Positions 13,340 to 27,600 of a stretch of 64,000 nt of DNA are shown in pieces. The DNA comes from Phoronis australis (Eukaryota; Animalia; Phoronida): assembly GCA_002633005.1 (NCBI GenBank), contig NMRA01000395.1, positions 65,804 through 129,803 on the forward strand, written 5' to 3'. Within the stretch, counting starts at the first letter, position 1. Every line of letters begins with the position of its first letter. The position numbers and the translations under genes are program-made. Under the pieces are notes generated by a model, which searched no databases, was not told the DNA's origin, and worked only from the letters and a program-made list of their open reading frames with translations.

Positions 13340-15561
13340 TTGCGTACATGCCTCGGAATTGTACATCGGGGCAAGGAAACGTTGAGCACGAGTTTATCAC
13401 TTTAAACGGAAAAACGTGTCTCAAATTAACAAGACGTTTGTTTTCATGTATTTGACAGCTTAGATGAGATATCAAACATTGCACAAAGTGACATCAAAGT
13501 CTTTACAGGGTGCGATAAAGACTTACCTATAATACTCCCTTGTTAAAATTTCAAGACCAATAAAATACCAATGCCTGTTTCATGACACGTTAGCAAACAT
13601 TTTTTTTAAGTTAAAAGAGTGTGTATAATACGAGAACCAGCATGATTTTGTTCTTGAGCTCTAAATGTATATTTATTTGCAACATTTGGATAAATCTAGA
13701 ATCTCATTTACATGAGAACACCGTGATATGCTTGGGCAATATCATTTCAAATAGGCAGGTAAGTACCAATGCATTGCCTCTAACAGTGCGTTGCCGGTTC
13801 TCGAGTCGAAAGCAGACGATCTTCAATTTGACATTATTCAGGAATACTACACTGCACAAAAGTAAGCGACAATTTGTTCCTCAACAAGTTACAGCGGTGG
13901 TAGTCGTTAATTTTGGTCATTTAGACCAAACGTACAGTCTTTGTAGCGGGCTAACTTTCGATCTTAGCTGAGACCGATTTCATGAAACAGAGTAAGATAT
14001 GTTGGTCTTAAGTTAGCCCGATTTTTGGGACCGGATGTAAACAAAAGCAACAACTTAATCCATTGTAAGGACGAGTTTACGTAGTATAGATATCCATCCC
14101 ACGCAGTTGACATTTTCTCTATATCAGTTACACACAACATCAAATAAATCATATAAAGTGGGTTCGATACAATTTTAAATCATCATTGATTTTCTTAATG
14201 CCTTTTTTGGTCATTGCCCAGTTCAAATCTATGAAAAACGCCGGTGCATCTGGAATATTTCTTCCGTTACAGCCGCTTTCACAGAGGAGACTCTGTCAAA
14301 TTTGTAAACATCACATAGATTAATCAGTGATCGTCTTATTCGAATTCAAATAATGAACCAAACATCTTTGAAAAGAGTTTAATTTCGATGCCAGTTTTAA
14401 GGGCTTTAGTCACGGTTGACCTATTTATCTTCTTTCCTGAGACCGTTATGTAGTGGTGATGCAGTAACATCATTTCTAAAATCTAGTGAGCCATTAACAC
14501 CAAACTCTCCCCTATGCAATTACATTCGGCACAACTTTTCGGTCGGGTCACTGGTCCAACCAACTTCAGGTGACATAGAGTTCTTAGAGAAACGAATACA
14601 GGTGTGCGGTACACTAAAAGCGCTCATCATCGACCAGCATACACCCGTGCTTGTTCTTCTACGAACGCTGAAACACTTGAAGATGGCCTGAGAACTTTCC
14701 AACAGAAACGTGGTGCCAACGTAAATAGGCTAGACATTGGTGTAAATATACATGTATGCACATGTAGACGAATGGATTTTAGTAATGATGTTTACCAATT
14801 TAGTTACTTCGGCGTAAGTAATCGTTTTATTTTCTAGATTTTGAGTATCTCACGTTTTAAAGTTTTGGTTTGCTTACATCGTGTTTTTCTTCTATGTTTT
14901 ATTTGGAGTCACATCGTGTTTTCCAAGTCATCATGAAAAACGTCTGCGCTATTTCAGTTCAAACACTGTCACATAAGGATGCCCACTATGACCATAGCTT
15001 CTCAGGACGCGACAATATCAAGTTCACGATTACTTCGCTGCGTTCACTAGTTGGCGATTATATTGTTGGGATTGTGAAATAAGTCCATATGTGAACAATC
15101 CCGGACGAAATTCTTTTCTGTAATAAGCTTACATTTGACCGCTTGATCAAAGTAATATCTAATGTCTATTCTTGGGTTTGCGTATCATTTAATGTCCCAT
15201 ATCTGTGAATCTTTATATTTCGAGCTATTATTTAATGCCTTAAGAAAACAAATGATATTTTTCTAAATAAAAAAATGAATTATTTGAAGTAATAATCAGA
15301 GTGTCCAGTGTTTCATACAATGATCAGTGTCGTAAAATAACGACTGCTTTATGGCATTATAGGAAACTGTGTCGAACCCCCTTAACAATTTGTTTTCTTT
15401 ATCATATAGTTGCATAGCAACCCAAAAACAGTCTTGCTCGACCTCGTATTACTCTGTGTTTGATAGATGTCGCCACCACCGCGTGTGCAGTTCTATCTCT
15501 GTCGCAGCGCCACCAAGTTGAGAAGTAGCACTGGGAAAGAGTTCACACTAAGTCCACAAAT

Positions 15562-15657
15562 TTATCGATACAGTCGTCTGCTCCAACCGCAGTATCCATA
15601 CCGTCCTGGTTTCACGCCGTAACAGAACGATTGGCAACACTGTCTGTGGTTTGTGCA
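15562..15657 (-). CDS. Double-knot peptide terminal coding exon 3 (CTNHRQCCQSFCYGVKPGRYGYCGWSRRLYR*)
   Basis: Acceptor tgtttttgtcttatag|TGC at 15657; TAA stop at 15564-15562; supplies exactly Cys II-VI of the second knot started in exon 2. Too short for the ORF track. Confidence 0.87.
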   Translation of the reverse strand, partial: CTNHRQCCQSFCYGVKPGRYGYCGWSRRLYR

Positions 15658-18600
15658 CTATAAGACAAAAACATGGCGAAATATACAACTAAACAACGTG
15701 TACAAATTAAAGTAGGGGAAACCAGGGTGATTTGAGCCCCACGGAGAATCAGTCGCCGCCAACCCGCTCTAAGGAGTGAATATTAACAGTAGGGCAATAG
15801 GTGGCACAGTTTGTACTCAGCATGAGAAGGTGCACTAGCAGATACTGCAGACTGGTGTATGGAGCGTTTTTTTTCGAAAGTATGTTTTGTACATATGCTG
15901 ATAAAGCATGTCCTTTCTTCTACGTTCGTCGAAACGTGTATTTTGATACCGATCCCGGTTTTGAATCACCCAATTCCAATCCACTTTATAACACACATAG
16001 ATTTTCTACATAATTGCGGAAGTTTTGAAAACACCTGATGAAAGTCAAACTGTCCAGGAAGGTTGAGCCAATTGTCACATGCGTGTGCCAAAGTGAGTAG
16101 CATTTCCAATTTTCTTCCAATTTGATAGTTAAGTAATTTAAATAGGCCCACAATTTAGACTCTTTGATAAAGATATTACATGCTTCTATTCATGATTCTT
16201 GTCTGAACTGATACAAATTAGGAACCCTTGCTTTCAAATACATGTAGCTATACCATATTATTGATTAACGACACCCAGCAAGTTTCAATTACACACAACG
16301 GTGAAAACCAGGGGCGGATACAGGATTTTGAGTTNCTTCTACGTTCGTCGAAACGTGTATTTTGATACCGATCCCGGTTTTGAATCACCCAATTCCAATC
16401 CACTTTATAACACACATAGATTTTCTACATAATTGCGGAAGTTTTGAAAACACCTGATGAAAGTCAAACTGTCACAGGAATAACCACAATTTCGCCACAC
16501 ACGCGCGCCGAGGCTAAAATGTAGGGACGCGGGGTCTCGAATTTTTGGGTTTGCGGACCTTATTACTAAAAAAAAGTTAAACGGGGTTTGTTCAAGACCT
16601 ATTCGTTGTGCGGGTGCTGGGCGCGCGCGTATTCTAGTCAGAAATTCATACCCCGAACTGCCAAGTGGTATCTGGGAGAATTTTAGGGGGGGGGGCATGG
16701 CTCTCTTGCCCTCCCAAATCCGCCACTGAAAACTACAGAACCTACATGTAAAGGCGCAGAACAGTTTTCTATATAACTGTTCATGACGTACAAAGCCGTA
16801 GCAAACTGTGAGATTATCTCTCCTTGATGTTGTGCTCAATTGTGCAGATGAGTTGAACCACTTGACAAATGCATTTACATTTTTTGTATCTGCAACAGGA
16901 GATGATATACAGCGAGTTTTGTCTCACTGTGCACGGAAATGACAAAGCTTCAATGTCGTTAAAACATCCGTATATTATTTTGTTCACTCCTGATGGAACT
17001 ATCAGCCATGGACAAAAAGTGGCTGAAATCACCACGCATGGTTTCCGCTAGTGGTAGAAAGACATCAACTCGCGATTTCCTTCGGGCAATTTCAATCTTT
17101 AAAATGATTAGCGTCTACAATATGAGAATTACTCATACCATATATTGATCACACTACAATATTTGAGCAACTTCAATGAGAATTTGATTAATATACCACG
17201 ATTAACAACCATTACTATGCCCATCACAACTGAACAGCGCTGCACGATGGAACACGTGGCATGTATTGAAAGCGACTACAAACCGGCGTTCGTAGACACT
17301 AATCGGATTTAGATCACTTGCAGCTACATGTATAACCTGGCCCCAACTTGTTCGGTACTCAGATGGGAAGTGGTGCCCAATGGTTTTAAAGACTAAAAGA
17401 CAGTGACTTCATTAATGCTTATGTACATTTTCTACTTGACCAACTTGCCATTAGTTACGACATGTACATATATTTCTATAGGTTGAAATATCAAAACGTA
17501 AAATCGATTAATTTCTGTAGTTAAGTTGGTAAGCAATCGGTGTTTTGACGCCGTGTTTATAAAACACGTGGTCGCAGAAATCACGTGGACTCTTAATTGT
17601 TGTGTATCAGAAATATGCCACAGGCAAGATACAATTGTACACGTTTTCACAGTGTTACGAAAGGTAGCACTGTGCAGTGGCGGATTTAGAGGGGGGCCAA
17701 GGGGGCCATGGCCCCCCTAAAATTCTACCAGATCCTATTTGTGAGTTCGGGTGCGAATTGTTGAGTAGCACATACTCGCAACCAGGGGCGCTTGGGGGTT
17801 GAATAAACAACGCATACGTCATGAATAAACCCGTTTACGGTTTTTTTAGTCAACAGGTCCGCAAACCCAAGAATTTGAGACCCCTGAACCCCCAGATTTT
17901 AGGCTGGGCGCTCGCATCTACCAAAATGCTGCTTACTCCTGTGCCCTGGCCCCCCTAACTCAATATCCTGGATCTGCCCCTGTTGTGGATCGTTGTTTAA
18001 CATGGCTTCTCATTGGTTAAAGTAATGAAACCGACGTCAGTCATTCCCACTGGTTGAAATCTGAGAAATCCATTTCAGTTCACTGTGACGTAGTATGGCG
18101 ACCACCTTTGACTTGAATAGGTGCAATTTAATCCAAGAAAACAAAATCAAGAGAACCCCGATCCAGTGGCTTAAAGGCGAAGGCAACCCTTTTTCATGTC
18201 TTTTTAGCAAAAATAAGATTCGTTGATTATCCCAGACATATTTTTCACCTATTTACTGCTTTTCGTAATTTAATTTATTACTCGTCGTCTACTCCGGAAG
18301 TGACGTTTTGGGAGGCAAGAATTTCGCGCCAATTTTTTTCATATAGTCTGAATGTGAGAGTAGTCGAGTCAGTCATTGTTCTACCTCGGTTGTGATAAGT
18401 TCGGTCGTCGTTTGCTTTTGCTTACGAGTCTGTCAACATGCCACGCTGTTGCTGCGTACTGGGGTGTACTCATTACCTTCTCACGTACAGAGGAAGAACT
18501 GTCCACTTGCCCGAGTGTCCCGCGACACACTCCCACTGAAGGGTGATCTGAGCACCCAAACTGCTTACATCCCGCGTTGTAACTTCCTCACCACACACCT

Positions 18601-21600
18601 GGCACCTTCCAAATAGCTTTAATACAAGTCCACAATAAACTTATCAAACTTAGGCTCACCGATCTGTTCATTGGATGACGAACTGTCCTTTTCACTGGGT
18701 GTCTGTATTCACTCCCACTACTCAACATCGCTGCAGGGCTGCTTACAGGCTCTGGGCTAGAGACAACAGCACAGGGCGAATCACTGCTAGTTACCGGAAT
18801 TGCACGCAATGGGGTACGTTCGGAGGCACGAGTGACAGTAGATGAAGTGCCTCGGTATGACACCCTTCTTCAGGCGTTCTTTCGAAGGGACCTTCATCAA
18901 TTCAGCGTACATTACATATATGTCATAATCCGACGGCAGAAAATGCTTGCCACACACTCGGTAACCCTCCACTGCTTTGTGCGTTGCGTGGACGGGTAGC
19001 GCTGCGTTCTTCACATGAAGGAGCTAGCCAAGTACGGCGAAGTGTGTCATCCTTCGGAAAGCGACGCAAGGTACCCAAAGCGCGTGTGAGAAGATAATGA
19101 GTACATCCCGCCACGCAGCAACAGAGTGGTATGTTGACTGACTTGTAAACAAAAGCAAACGACGACCGAACTTATCACAACCGAGATAGAACAATGACTG
19201 ACTCGACAGCTCTCGCAGTCAGACTATAATGAAAAGAAATTGGTGCGAAACTCTTGCCTCCCAAAACGTCACTTCCAGAGTAGAGGACGAGAAATTAATC
19301 AAATTACGAAAAGCTGTAATTAAGTGAAAAAAGTGTCTGGAATAATCAACGAACCTTATTTTTTGCTAAAAGTGACATGAAAAAAAGTTGCTTTCGCCTT
19401 TAAGCCCACACAAGTACAGTACATAAAGGCGTGCGCAAGTGGTGGCCATATATACTTCTGACCAAGCATACGCATTGATGCCCACACACAGAAGTCCGTG
19501 TGTCGTTCATCATGCTTCCACAGGGCCACTTTTCAGTACAGATGGCGCTGTGTCGCACGGTAGATACAACTATATTTACCGTAGTCGAATGTCTGACAAA
19601 GAACTACGTGATCTAGCATTACATCCGCGTCAAACTCGACGGACAGCGGTTACCCGGTGTGAACGTAAACAAAAGCATCCAATTTGCCACGCGTCTCAAG
19701 GGAAGCTCTCCGATAGGTTTGCAGATGTTTTTTGACAATCATACGGAAGATAGGGGATGGGGGGGGGGGGTTAACNGTTAACGGCTAAATATTAATCACT
19801 AAGAACTAAAATACACTGTTTATTATCATTAAACTGGTACATTATGGTCGATTTCAAAAGCCACGAGGCAGACTACAAGACTAGATTTATAAGTGGTTGT
19901 GCATTGTTACGGTGGCAGAAATATTTAGGCCCAACAAAAGAAATTTAATACGATGCATCAATGGCCAAAGCATTTGATTTTGTGTAAGATCCGTGTGTTG
20001 CAAAAATTCCGTTAGCAACAGTTTATGTCCAGGCCCGATGTGTTGCAACGTCCTAGATTGTCACAATGGCTCAACATGTCTCAAGCGTGACAACTTTCTG
20101 GACCAAAATGTCACAATATATTTCCTACAATGGTACTGACCCAAATCGCCACATCTAAAATTGCTGTGAGCAACTGGGGAACAGATCCTATGATTTTAGA
20201 CGTTTATGGTGACCACAACTTAAAAGTAGTGACATTTTGATCATTGCAACAATTTTTGTAGGTACATGTACATAGCTACAACTGGGTCGTGGCCAGTCCT
20301 AAAATTTTAAGTATGTAAATCCCTTGGTATCTTTTTGCGAATATGATATTGTAAACGAATGCTTTCGTTCCAATAGCACACATTCTATTTTGTTTAGAGT
20401 CTCAAGCAGCACCATCTTTTGTTTTGATCCATGTCTTGGGGCAGATAACGTTTGTTTCAATACTTTGAGTAAGCATTCACATTTACACTAGGGCAGAACG
20501 TAACGAATATGCTCATTATTTGTCTAAAATTATTTATTCTAGCTGGAAATGCGTTACTTATCTTGGGCCTTATTAGTGCTGCGCAAGTCTTTAACATTGA
20601 CACTTTGTTGAAGGGATCTGTCTAAATTTGATCAGGTTGGATTCAAAACGCGTTTAGAAAATGAAATGAGGAAAAGTAATGTCGATGAATACCAAATTGT
20701 TATTGTGCGTATTGGTGTCATTAACGTGATTTCGTTCAAAGCAACACCCACGTGTATAGGCAAAAACTTCCCCGGTTGCTTTGAAGTGCCATGTTTGGTA
20801 ATGCAAACGAGAGCACATGCGACGTAGAGACAAATTAGCGTTAATTATACAGTTGTTTTAAACTTTCTGAAATAGAAGTGGGACTAGAATATTACTTAAT
20901 AAAAAATAGAAGCTGTGTTGCGTTTTTTAGTTTTCTAAATTATAGCAAAGAATACAAAAATGAGACAATCCTGTAAACAAGTTCCGTCTAGAAACCTACC
21001 CGGAACCCGTTGGGTATGCACATTTTGGTCATGTCACGGCATTTCCCCATAATGCAGACTCCTTGGCAACACTCCGGTGTCGTTTCGCACTGAAATATAG
21101 ACGTACATGTCTGAAAAACTGTCCATACATAAGAGCTCGTCACGTGACAACTTCGGAGACTTACTTTAAAATGATAATCGAACATCAAGAGGGCTACCAA
21201 ATTTCACTCAAGTCTCTTCAAAATGTACTCATCCTCGAAAATTGACCTCAGGTCACCATGAAACTCCTTGTTGGGAAAAAAGATCAGTAAAATGTAAACG
21301 CATGTTTATACCTAGCCTGTTCACAGTTTAGTCAAGGACATAGAACGTGTTTAATGAAAGGAGGCGCGAAAATACTAGTGTCGTCAAAAACTGCTAGCCT
21401 CGCTTTCATATACTACATACACGATAATGCTCCTGGATACTAGCAATAACTCATTATGTACAAAATATCAAGCAAACGGTGTTTTGTGTATTATCTCTAT
21501 CATTTTTAAATGCGACAGTAACAACACCCAATTGGCTAGAAAATGCACGCGACTTCTCAACCAAAGTCAACACTGTCATAAGTATGAATGCAGTTTAGCT

Positions 21601-24600
21601 TATACGTCTCTGGTTTATGCTTACAGTGGGTGTTCGTGGCCAGAACAAGACTACAGTGATGCGTGCATACGACCACTAGCGTCGCCTATCGCATAACCAG
21701 GGCCCGGTCTCCAATCTTTTTACTCGAAATGGAACTCGAAATTAGGTTTGGCATTTTCTACTCTACTTTTGGGCGAACTCAAGATAAGTGTCTATTATTC
21801 TATGCTCGAGTACACAATAACTTACGTAGATAATTTATTGCCCTTAGTTCACAGTTTGTAAACCCAATATTAAAGCAATAAGTTCGAGTTTTTACTCGAG
21901 TTTGTAGCACGAATATAAGGGCCTTCAAGGGCAAACTTGAACTAGAAACTCCTATGCATAAACTATAATGTATTCGAGCACAGTCTGATAACCAATTATC
22001 TTAAGTTCGCACAAAAGGAGCAGAGAAATTGCCAAAAATAGTTTCGAGTTCGTTTCGAGTACAAAGATTAGAGACCGGGCCCTGATCCTGTCGGTACCCC
22101 TGACTGGGTTAAGTAAAGCAACGAGTTATGTGTTGAACATTTGACATACCTTAACCAATGTGCGTAAATTATTTCATGTTATTAGAACTCAAATAATGTG
22201 TCCTCTAAATAGCCGATGTTTTAGTTTGAAATGAAACATGGAAATTAGGATCTAGCTACTACGTAGCTCTATGATAAGGCGTTTTCATTACAGTCGAAAT
22301 GGGTTAACTACTTGGTACATTAAACAAACGCTGTTTAAAAACACATCAACACATTAGCTAAGGTGGGTGACAATGGTTTACCGCGGTAAATACATTTCTA
22401 TTTTATGAAATTACTTAACAAAATTAAGGTTAAGCGGAAACTGTCACCTCGTAATTAGCATTGCAGTCAGCATCTGAAAACTTGTAACAGGTTGACGATT
22501 AATTTGTAGTTTGCTGAAACATTTGTACCACCGAGTGACTTCCTAGAACAAATATTAACGATGAAATCAAAATTCTTTAGGTGCGAGTTCTTTCGCATTT
22601 TTTAGGAATACCATAATGAATATTTTGATTGTTTTTACATTGATGTAAAAACGTAAATCAATAAAACAACTTCAGTCCATTCGTCCATTAGTGTATATAC
22701 AGTATAGTGACAGTCAGTGAATAGCACCAAAAAAAATTTCACTTGCCGCAAGAGTTGGACACTCTTTCAAATGCTCGGAATGCATCTGGCTTACACTAAG
22801 AACGTACCAGACAAAACATCTCGAGTCGTATCTAATATATGATCTTGCGAAAAGTCTTTCAAATTAAGCCATGTTTCGATGTAACATTTTATTAGGAGCA
22901 TCACAGTACAGTGGAATATCCCTGTCTATAGCATTCGTATCTGTCTTCTGCCTTGAAAGGCAATCTCTTGAAATCTTTATTATCTTTTCACTTATTTATT
23001 ACTGCCTTTGTAGATTGATGAGCTTGATACTACTCTGCCACTAACACAGAAAACGGATACTCTTATTTACTAAAGAAAATGTGTTCATACATAGATAATA
23101 AATTAAAATAGTTACAATTCATAGGATTTACCAGTGAGTGAAAGTTTGCAACCGGACAAAGCAAAAGGCTCCTCCTCAAATCACGAACACGGACGAAGCT
23201 TTTCAAAGATAGCGATGCATAAATCGAAAGTGGCGTTTTCCGCGCTCTAAAAATAGTCAACATCGCCACATGTGAGCGCGATATTAGGTTTGGGAACGGG
23301 TGCAGCCCACACTGAGACATTTAACTAAAGGCCTTGCGATTATTGGTCGTCGGCTTCTTGCTTTTTTAAAGGAGAATGCCGCCCGATTTAATTAGTCTTT
23401 TTTGCCGTTTTCATCGGTCTATATCCACATTGCCTCTCATACGGTCGACCGTACCTTGCAGAGAGGTGTCGCGTTAACCTGTCAGGAAGGTGAGAAACGA
23501 TGCAGCGACGTCAGTGGTTCATTTGCAGAGTGAATGCCGCTATGTTGCGGTGCATCGTTCCCGCTTGTCCGAAGTATGCAGCTGCGAGGAAAGCAGATAT
23601 ATCGTTTTATCGACTTCCTCAAGAGTTCGAAATGCTTAGAAAGTGGCTCGCAGTAGTGAAGAATCAAAAATACGCTGTAAATAGCAAGTATAAGGCCGTG
23701 AAACATCTCCGTGTCTGCAGTCGTCGACAGTGCCTGGCGAATGCCGGCTTACCAAAAGCTGTCCATTCGTTCCGTTGTCTGAAATTCTTCATGGCGCCTC
23801 TCTAGTATTTCTTTATCACTGTATTCAGGTTCGAACTGATAGCCAGTGAAACTTAATGAACCACCTGCGAAGTTTTCGTCGGGATGAGCTCTCGTCTAAG
23901 TCGGGATTGCGATTTGCCACTTGGTATATTGACGTTTATTACTGAACGTTTTCTTTCAAAATGAATCATTCTCACCCTAACCAATATATAACTGAGACAA
24001 GGTCTGACACATTAGATGTAATTTGTAATGCCTTTGGAGTGCTCGTGAGTGCAAATGATTTGAGAAGCCAGCAACGAGTAAATAGGTGCAATAAACTAAT
24101 TGACGGCACACAGAGACCGTGTGAGCTCATGCTAATTCAGTGTTTGCTGACAGAAACTGTTGTGAAACAACTCGATTTCTATCCTACCGCCAGGTGTTAA
24201 GGGAATCTTTATTTACATTTATATTATTCAAATAATGATTTTCAATGTACAACTTCTACCCTGAGGGTTCTGTTTCTAAAGCGTAAACTGTATTCGCGGA
24301 CCCCGACGATCGAGTAAATAGATTTGCAGTTTCATGGCTAAGTCACCAACATAATCACGTGCACAATACTTCTTTGGCTCAATAGTATAGTATTTTTTGA
24401 CTGGAAGCTTAGTTTCCAATTTGACTGGTTTATGTTCGTGATGTCGTCAGTCCCGCCGGGCCGCGACGGGCCTGATCGGTTTCCGAGCCACTGGCCGGGA
24501 TAACAAGCGTTTTGTGTGTTTAGACCTCAAAAAATCACAGGTCCAAACAACACAAATCTAGGTTCTCCCGTCTGTGTCTCACGGAAAAATACTTCGAAAT

Positions 24601-27600
24601 TATCTCCGAACAGACTCCGAACTCCTGCTACGGACCTTGCCTGCCGAAATCTGTAGGCTACGGTGTTTCCGAATACCAATAAATCCGTAACAGCAAAAAA
24701 AAACAACACGTTTTTATAAGAACTCGGTGTATTTTTAAAGGTTTTGCATCGGATTTTGATGATTTATTGGTGTTAAACGATGAATTCAAGCGATAAGCTG
24801 ACACCAGTGACCCGTGTTTTGAACTGCTGAACAGACTGCGTGTGAAACCAATTTCGTCATTGGATAATTTCAACACCTCCGTCTGCCGTCAGATGTCAGG
24901 TAACGCAACCGTACGTGCCGTTATCGAGTAGAACTACTCGATCTAAATGGATACAAATTAGGTTGTTTTTTGAGTGGCATGCTCCTTTAAAGGCGTCTTG
25001 GTCTTGGCGAGAGACTGTGGTTGCACGCGGCGGCGCTTTTCCTTTTATCACGGAAGGCGACACTCGCCATAACTAATATTAACTGAAAGCGTTTTTAAAT
25101 GTTGATCTGGCGGTCATATTGGGTTTTGCCCCTAGCAGCTACATGTACATTAAGTGCAGGTAGTTCTGAAAAAAGCACCCGGTCTGACTGTCTATCATCA
25201 ATGGCTAAGGAACGCATTTTACTCTTTCCTTGTAGTCTTACTCTTATATGTACGGAGCACGGAAAGTGTATGTACAACACCCTTTCAACTCACGGTCCCT
25301 CAAAGCAAGCCTAATTGCGATGATTAACCCATTTCGACGCTGAGACATCAATGGATAATCACGATAATTAAAAAATGATAAGTACTGTAATGGCGTGTTT
25401 GTATGGTCCTTGATCACACTGATAATCCTTTTGAGATTTCATGTAAAACGTACTAATTGAAAACACTAAGTGAGAAATGTTCGACTCGAAATTCGTTGCG
25501 TCGATTCTAAATAGAAGCAGAATATTTATAGTTTGTCATTAAACAAGAATGCCTATTATTTTCATGTGGATTGTAACCTATACCATGGGTGATGATTTTT
25601 CACGTAAATCACGCAATGGAAACTGATGATTTCTTACATGCAAGTATTTCTGATCGTCTTAAACATAATACAGAGTAGCATTCTCAAAACTTTGCATCAT
25701 TAGAAACGAGACGCGTTTCACGGCTCCTTGTGATACTAGGTGTTAAGACCGTGACACGCAAAAAATTATCTCTGCGCATGTACCGTGTGTTTGCCTGACT
25801 CTTAACGTGAAAAAAGAAATTATCCTCGGAGGAGAATCTGTCTGGATTTTCCGTTTCTCGTCAAGAGTGATTTAACAGTTTGAGTACTTGAGACATAATC
25901 GCGACCGGTATCAGCAAGACATTACAGACTCCCGTAGGTATTAGCGTTATCTCGCGAGAATACAGATAACCGTTGACGGAGGTTTGATGAATTATAGAAT
26001 TTTTGCTTGCGTGTTGTAGAAAGTGTTGTTAATTGCTTGTTCCATCAAACCATTATACACATGTAAAGTAAAGTAAACACATCGACATTTAAGTGGTGGC
26101 TAGATCATTCAATTCCCACCACACCAGTAAACTATTTTGTGAGACTAGATATTAGCTGTGGAACGTGCGAAACGTGGACTCGAGCAAGGCATGTAAACAA
26201 GCAAGAAATTTATCTAATATTTAAAACGTTACGATTGTAGCCCATGTCGCATTTAGAATTTGGACTTTCTATGAAAGGACACCTGAAACAAAGGCAAACT
26301 AGGCCGTAAACGACGCGAGAAGAATCTTACGTTGTCATCGTAACCGTTAGAGGTTGGGCCACTCGACTGGTTTGCGCACCACAGAATTTGCCGGTTCAGA
26401 TCAAAGAGCCCATGTTGTGGTTAATCAAATCGCTCCATGGTGCTATGTTATCGTTCTCTAGGTTATGAGACCGTGATTAGGTATGACATTGGTATTTTTA
26501 AGTTTTCTTTTTGAATTTTGTAAGTTGCATATTTGATTAGTTCGTGAAAAGCACACTTGTTAAGGTTTTTGAATTTTGAAAACTGGACAAGGAATGTGAC
26601 TTTTACAACTTTAAACGTTTGTTTATTGTAGCAATAATACGTTACTCATTAATTCCGCTGTGTGTGCATCATAAATGAGCAAACTACCAAACCACCTGGG
26701 AGAATTGGATATTGAGTTAAGCCAAGTGTCATAGTATAATTCTTGGCATGGAGACAACGTTCAGAAAGGCGTCCTGTCTGTAATTTCAGCATCAAGAAAC
26801 AAAGGGTTATTATTGTGGTCAAACGCGTGGGAACACGATTGGCGGACTAAACGCGACTGCAATTGGCATAATTGGCATGCTGTCTTATAACGAAGGCAGA
26901 TCTTCTGTCTGATTTCGGCGTGTGATCTTAAGAAGAAATATTCGACATATATAATGAGCATTCATGTCAATTTTGTCAGAAGGCGGATTTGACATTACAC
27001 TCTTCCACAGTGCTAGGAAAGGTAGCACTGTGAAATGTTGTTTAATATTGCATCTCATTGGTTGAAGTAATGAAACCCACGTCTTACATTCAGTCATTCC
27101 CATTGGTTGAAATCTGGGAAACCCCCTTTCAGTTTACTGTTATACATGTACGTAGTATGGCGACCACCTTGGACTTGAATAGTTGCAATTTATTAAAGGT
27201 AGTGATGTAAGTAAACAAAATCAAACGAACCCCAATCCAGTGTCTTAAGCCCAAATCGGCACAGTGCATAGAGGCGTGTGCAAGTGGCGGCGATTTGATC
27301 GGTGTACTTCCGACCTGGGCATGCGAATTGATACCTACACACTTAATTCCATGCGTCTTTCATCATGTTTCCACAGGGCCACATTTCACTATACGTGGCG
27401 CTGTGTCAGAAGATAGTTTGACATTCGATATGTTGATCGGACGTCATGTTACCGCTGAAAAGGACCATTCTAAGTCATTTGTAGCTATACAATTTTCACA
27501 AGACGATTTCTTAACTTACAGTCTCGAAATATTTCCAAAAATCCAGATACGTTTACACCGCCCATTGACTGTGGCATCTACAGTGTAGGTGGATATGTCT

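Noticed and set aside
14520-14702. Cys-containing minus-strand ORF downstream of exon 3
   Set aside because: Lies beyond the stop codon, lacks a CC motif and shows no recognisable homology.
15915-16473. 139-bp direct repeat (15915-16053 vs 16336-16473)
   Set aside because: The second copy starts immediately after n16335, so it is most likely an assembly join rather than an LTR or real duplication.
16814-17035. Cys-rich ORF (SCCRYKKCKCICQ) as an additional knottin exon
   Set aside because: Cys spacing does not fit the framework, and the nearby acceptor gives IQKM-stop in phase 0.
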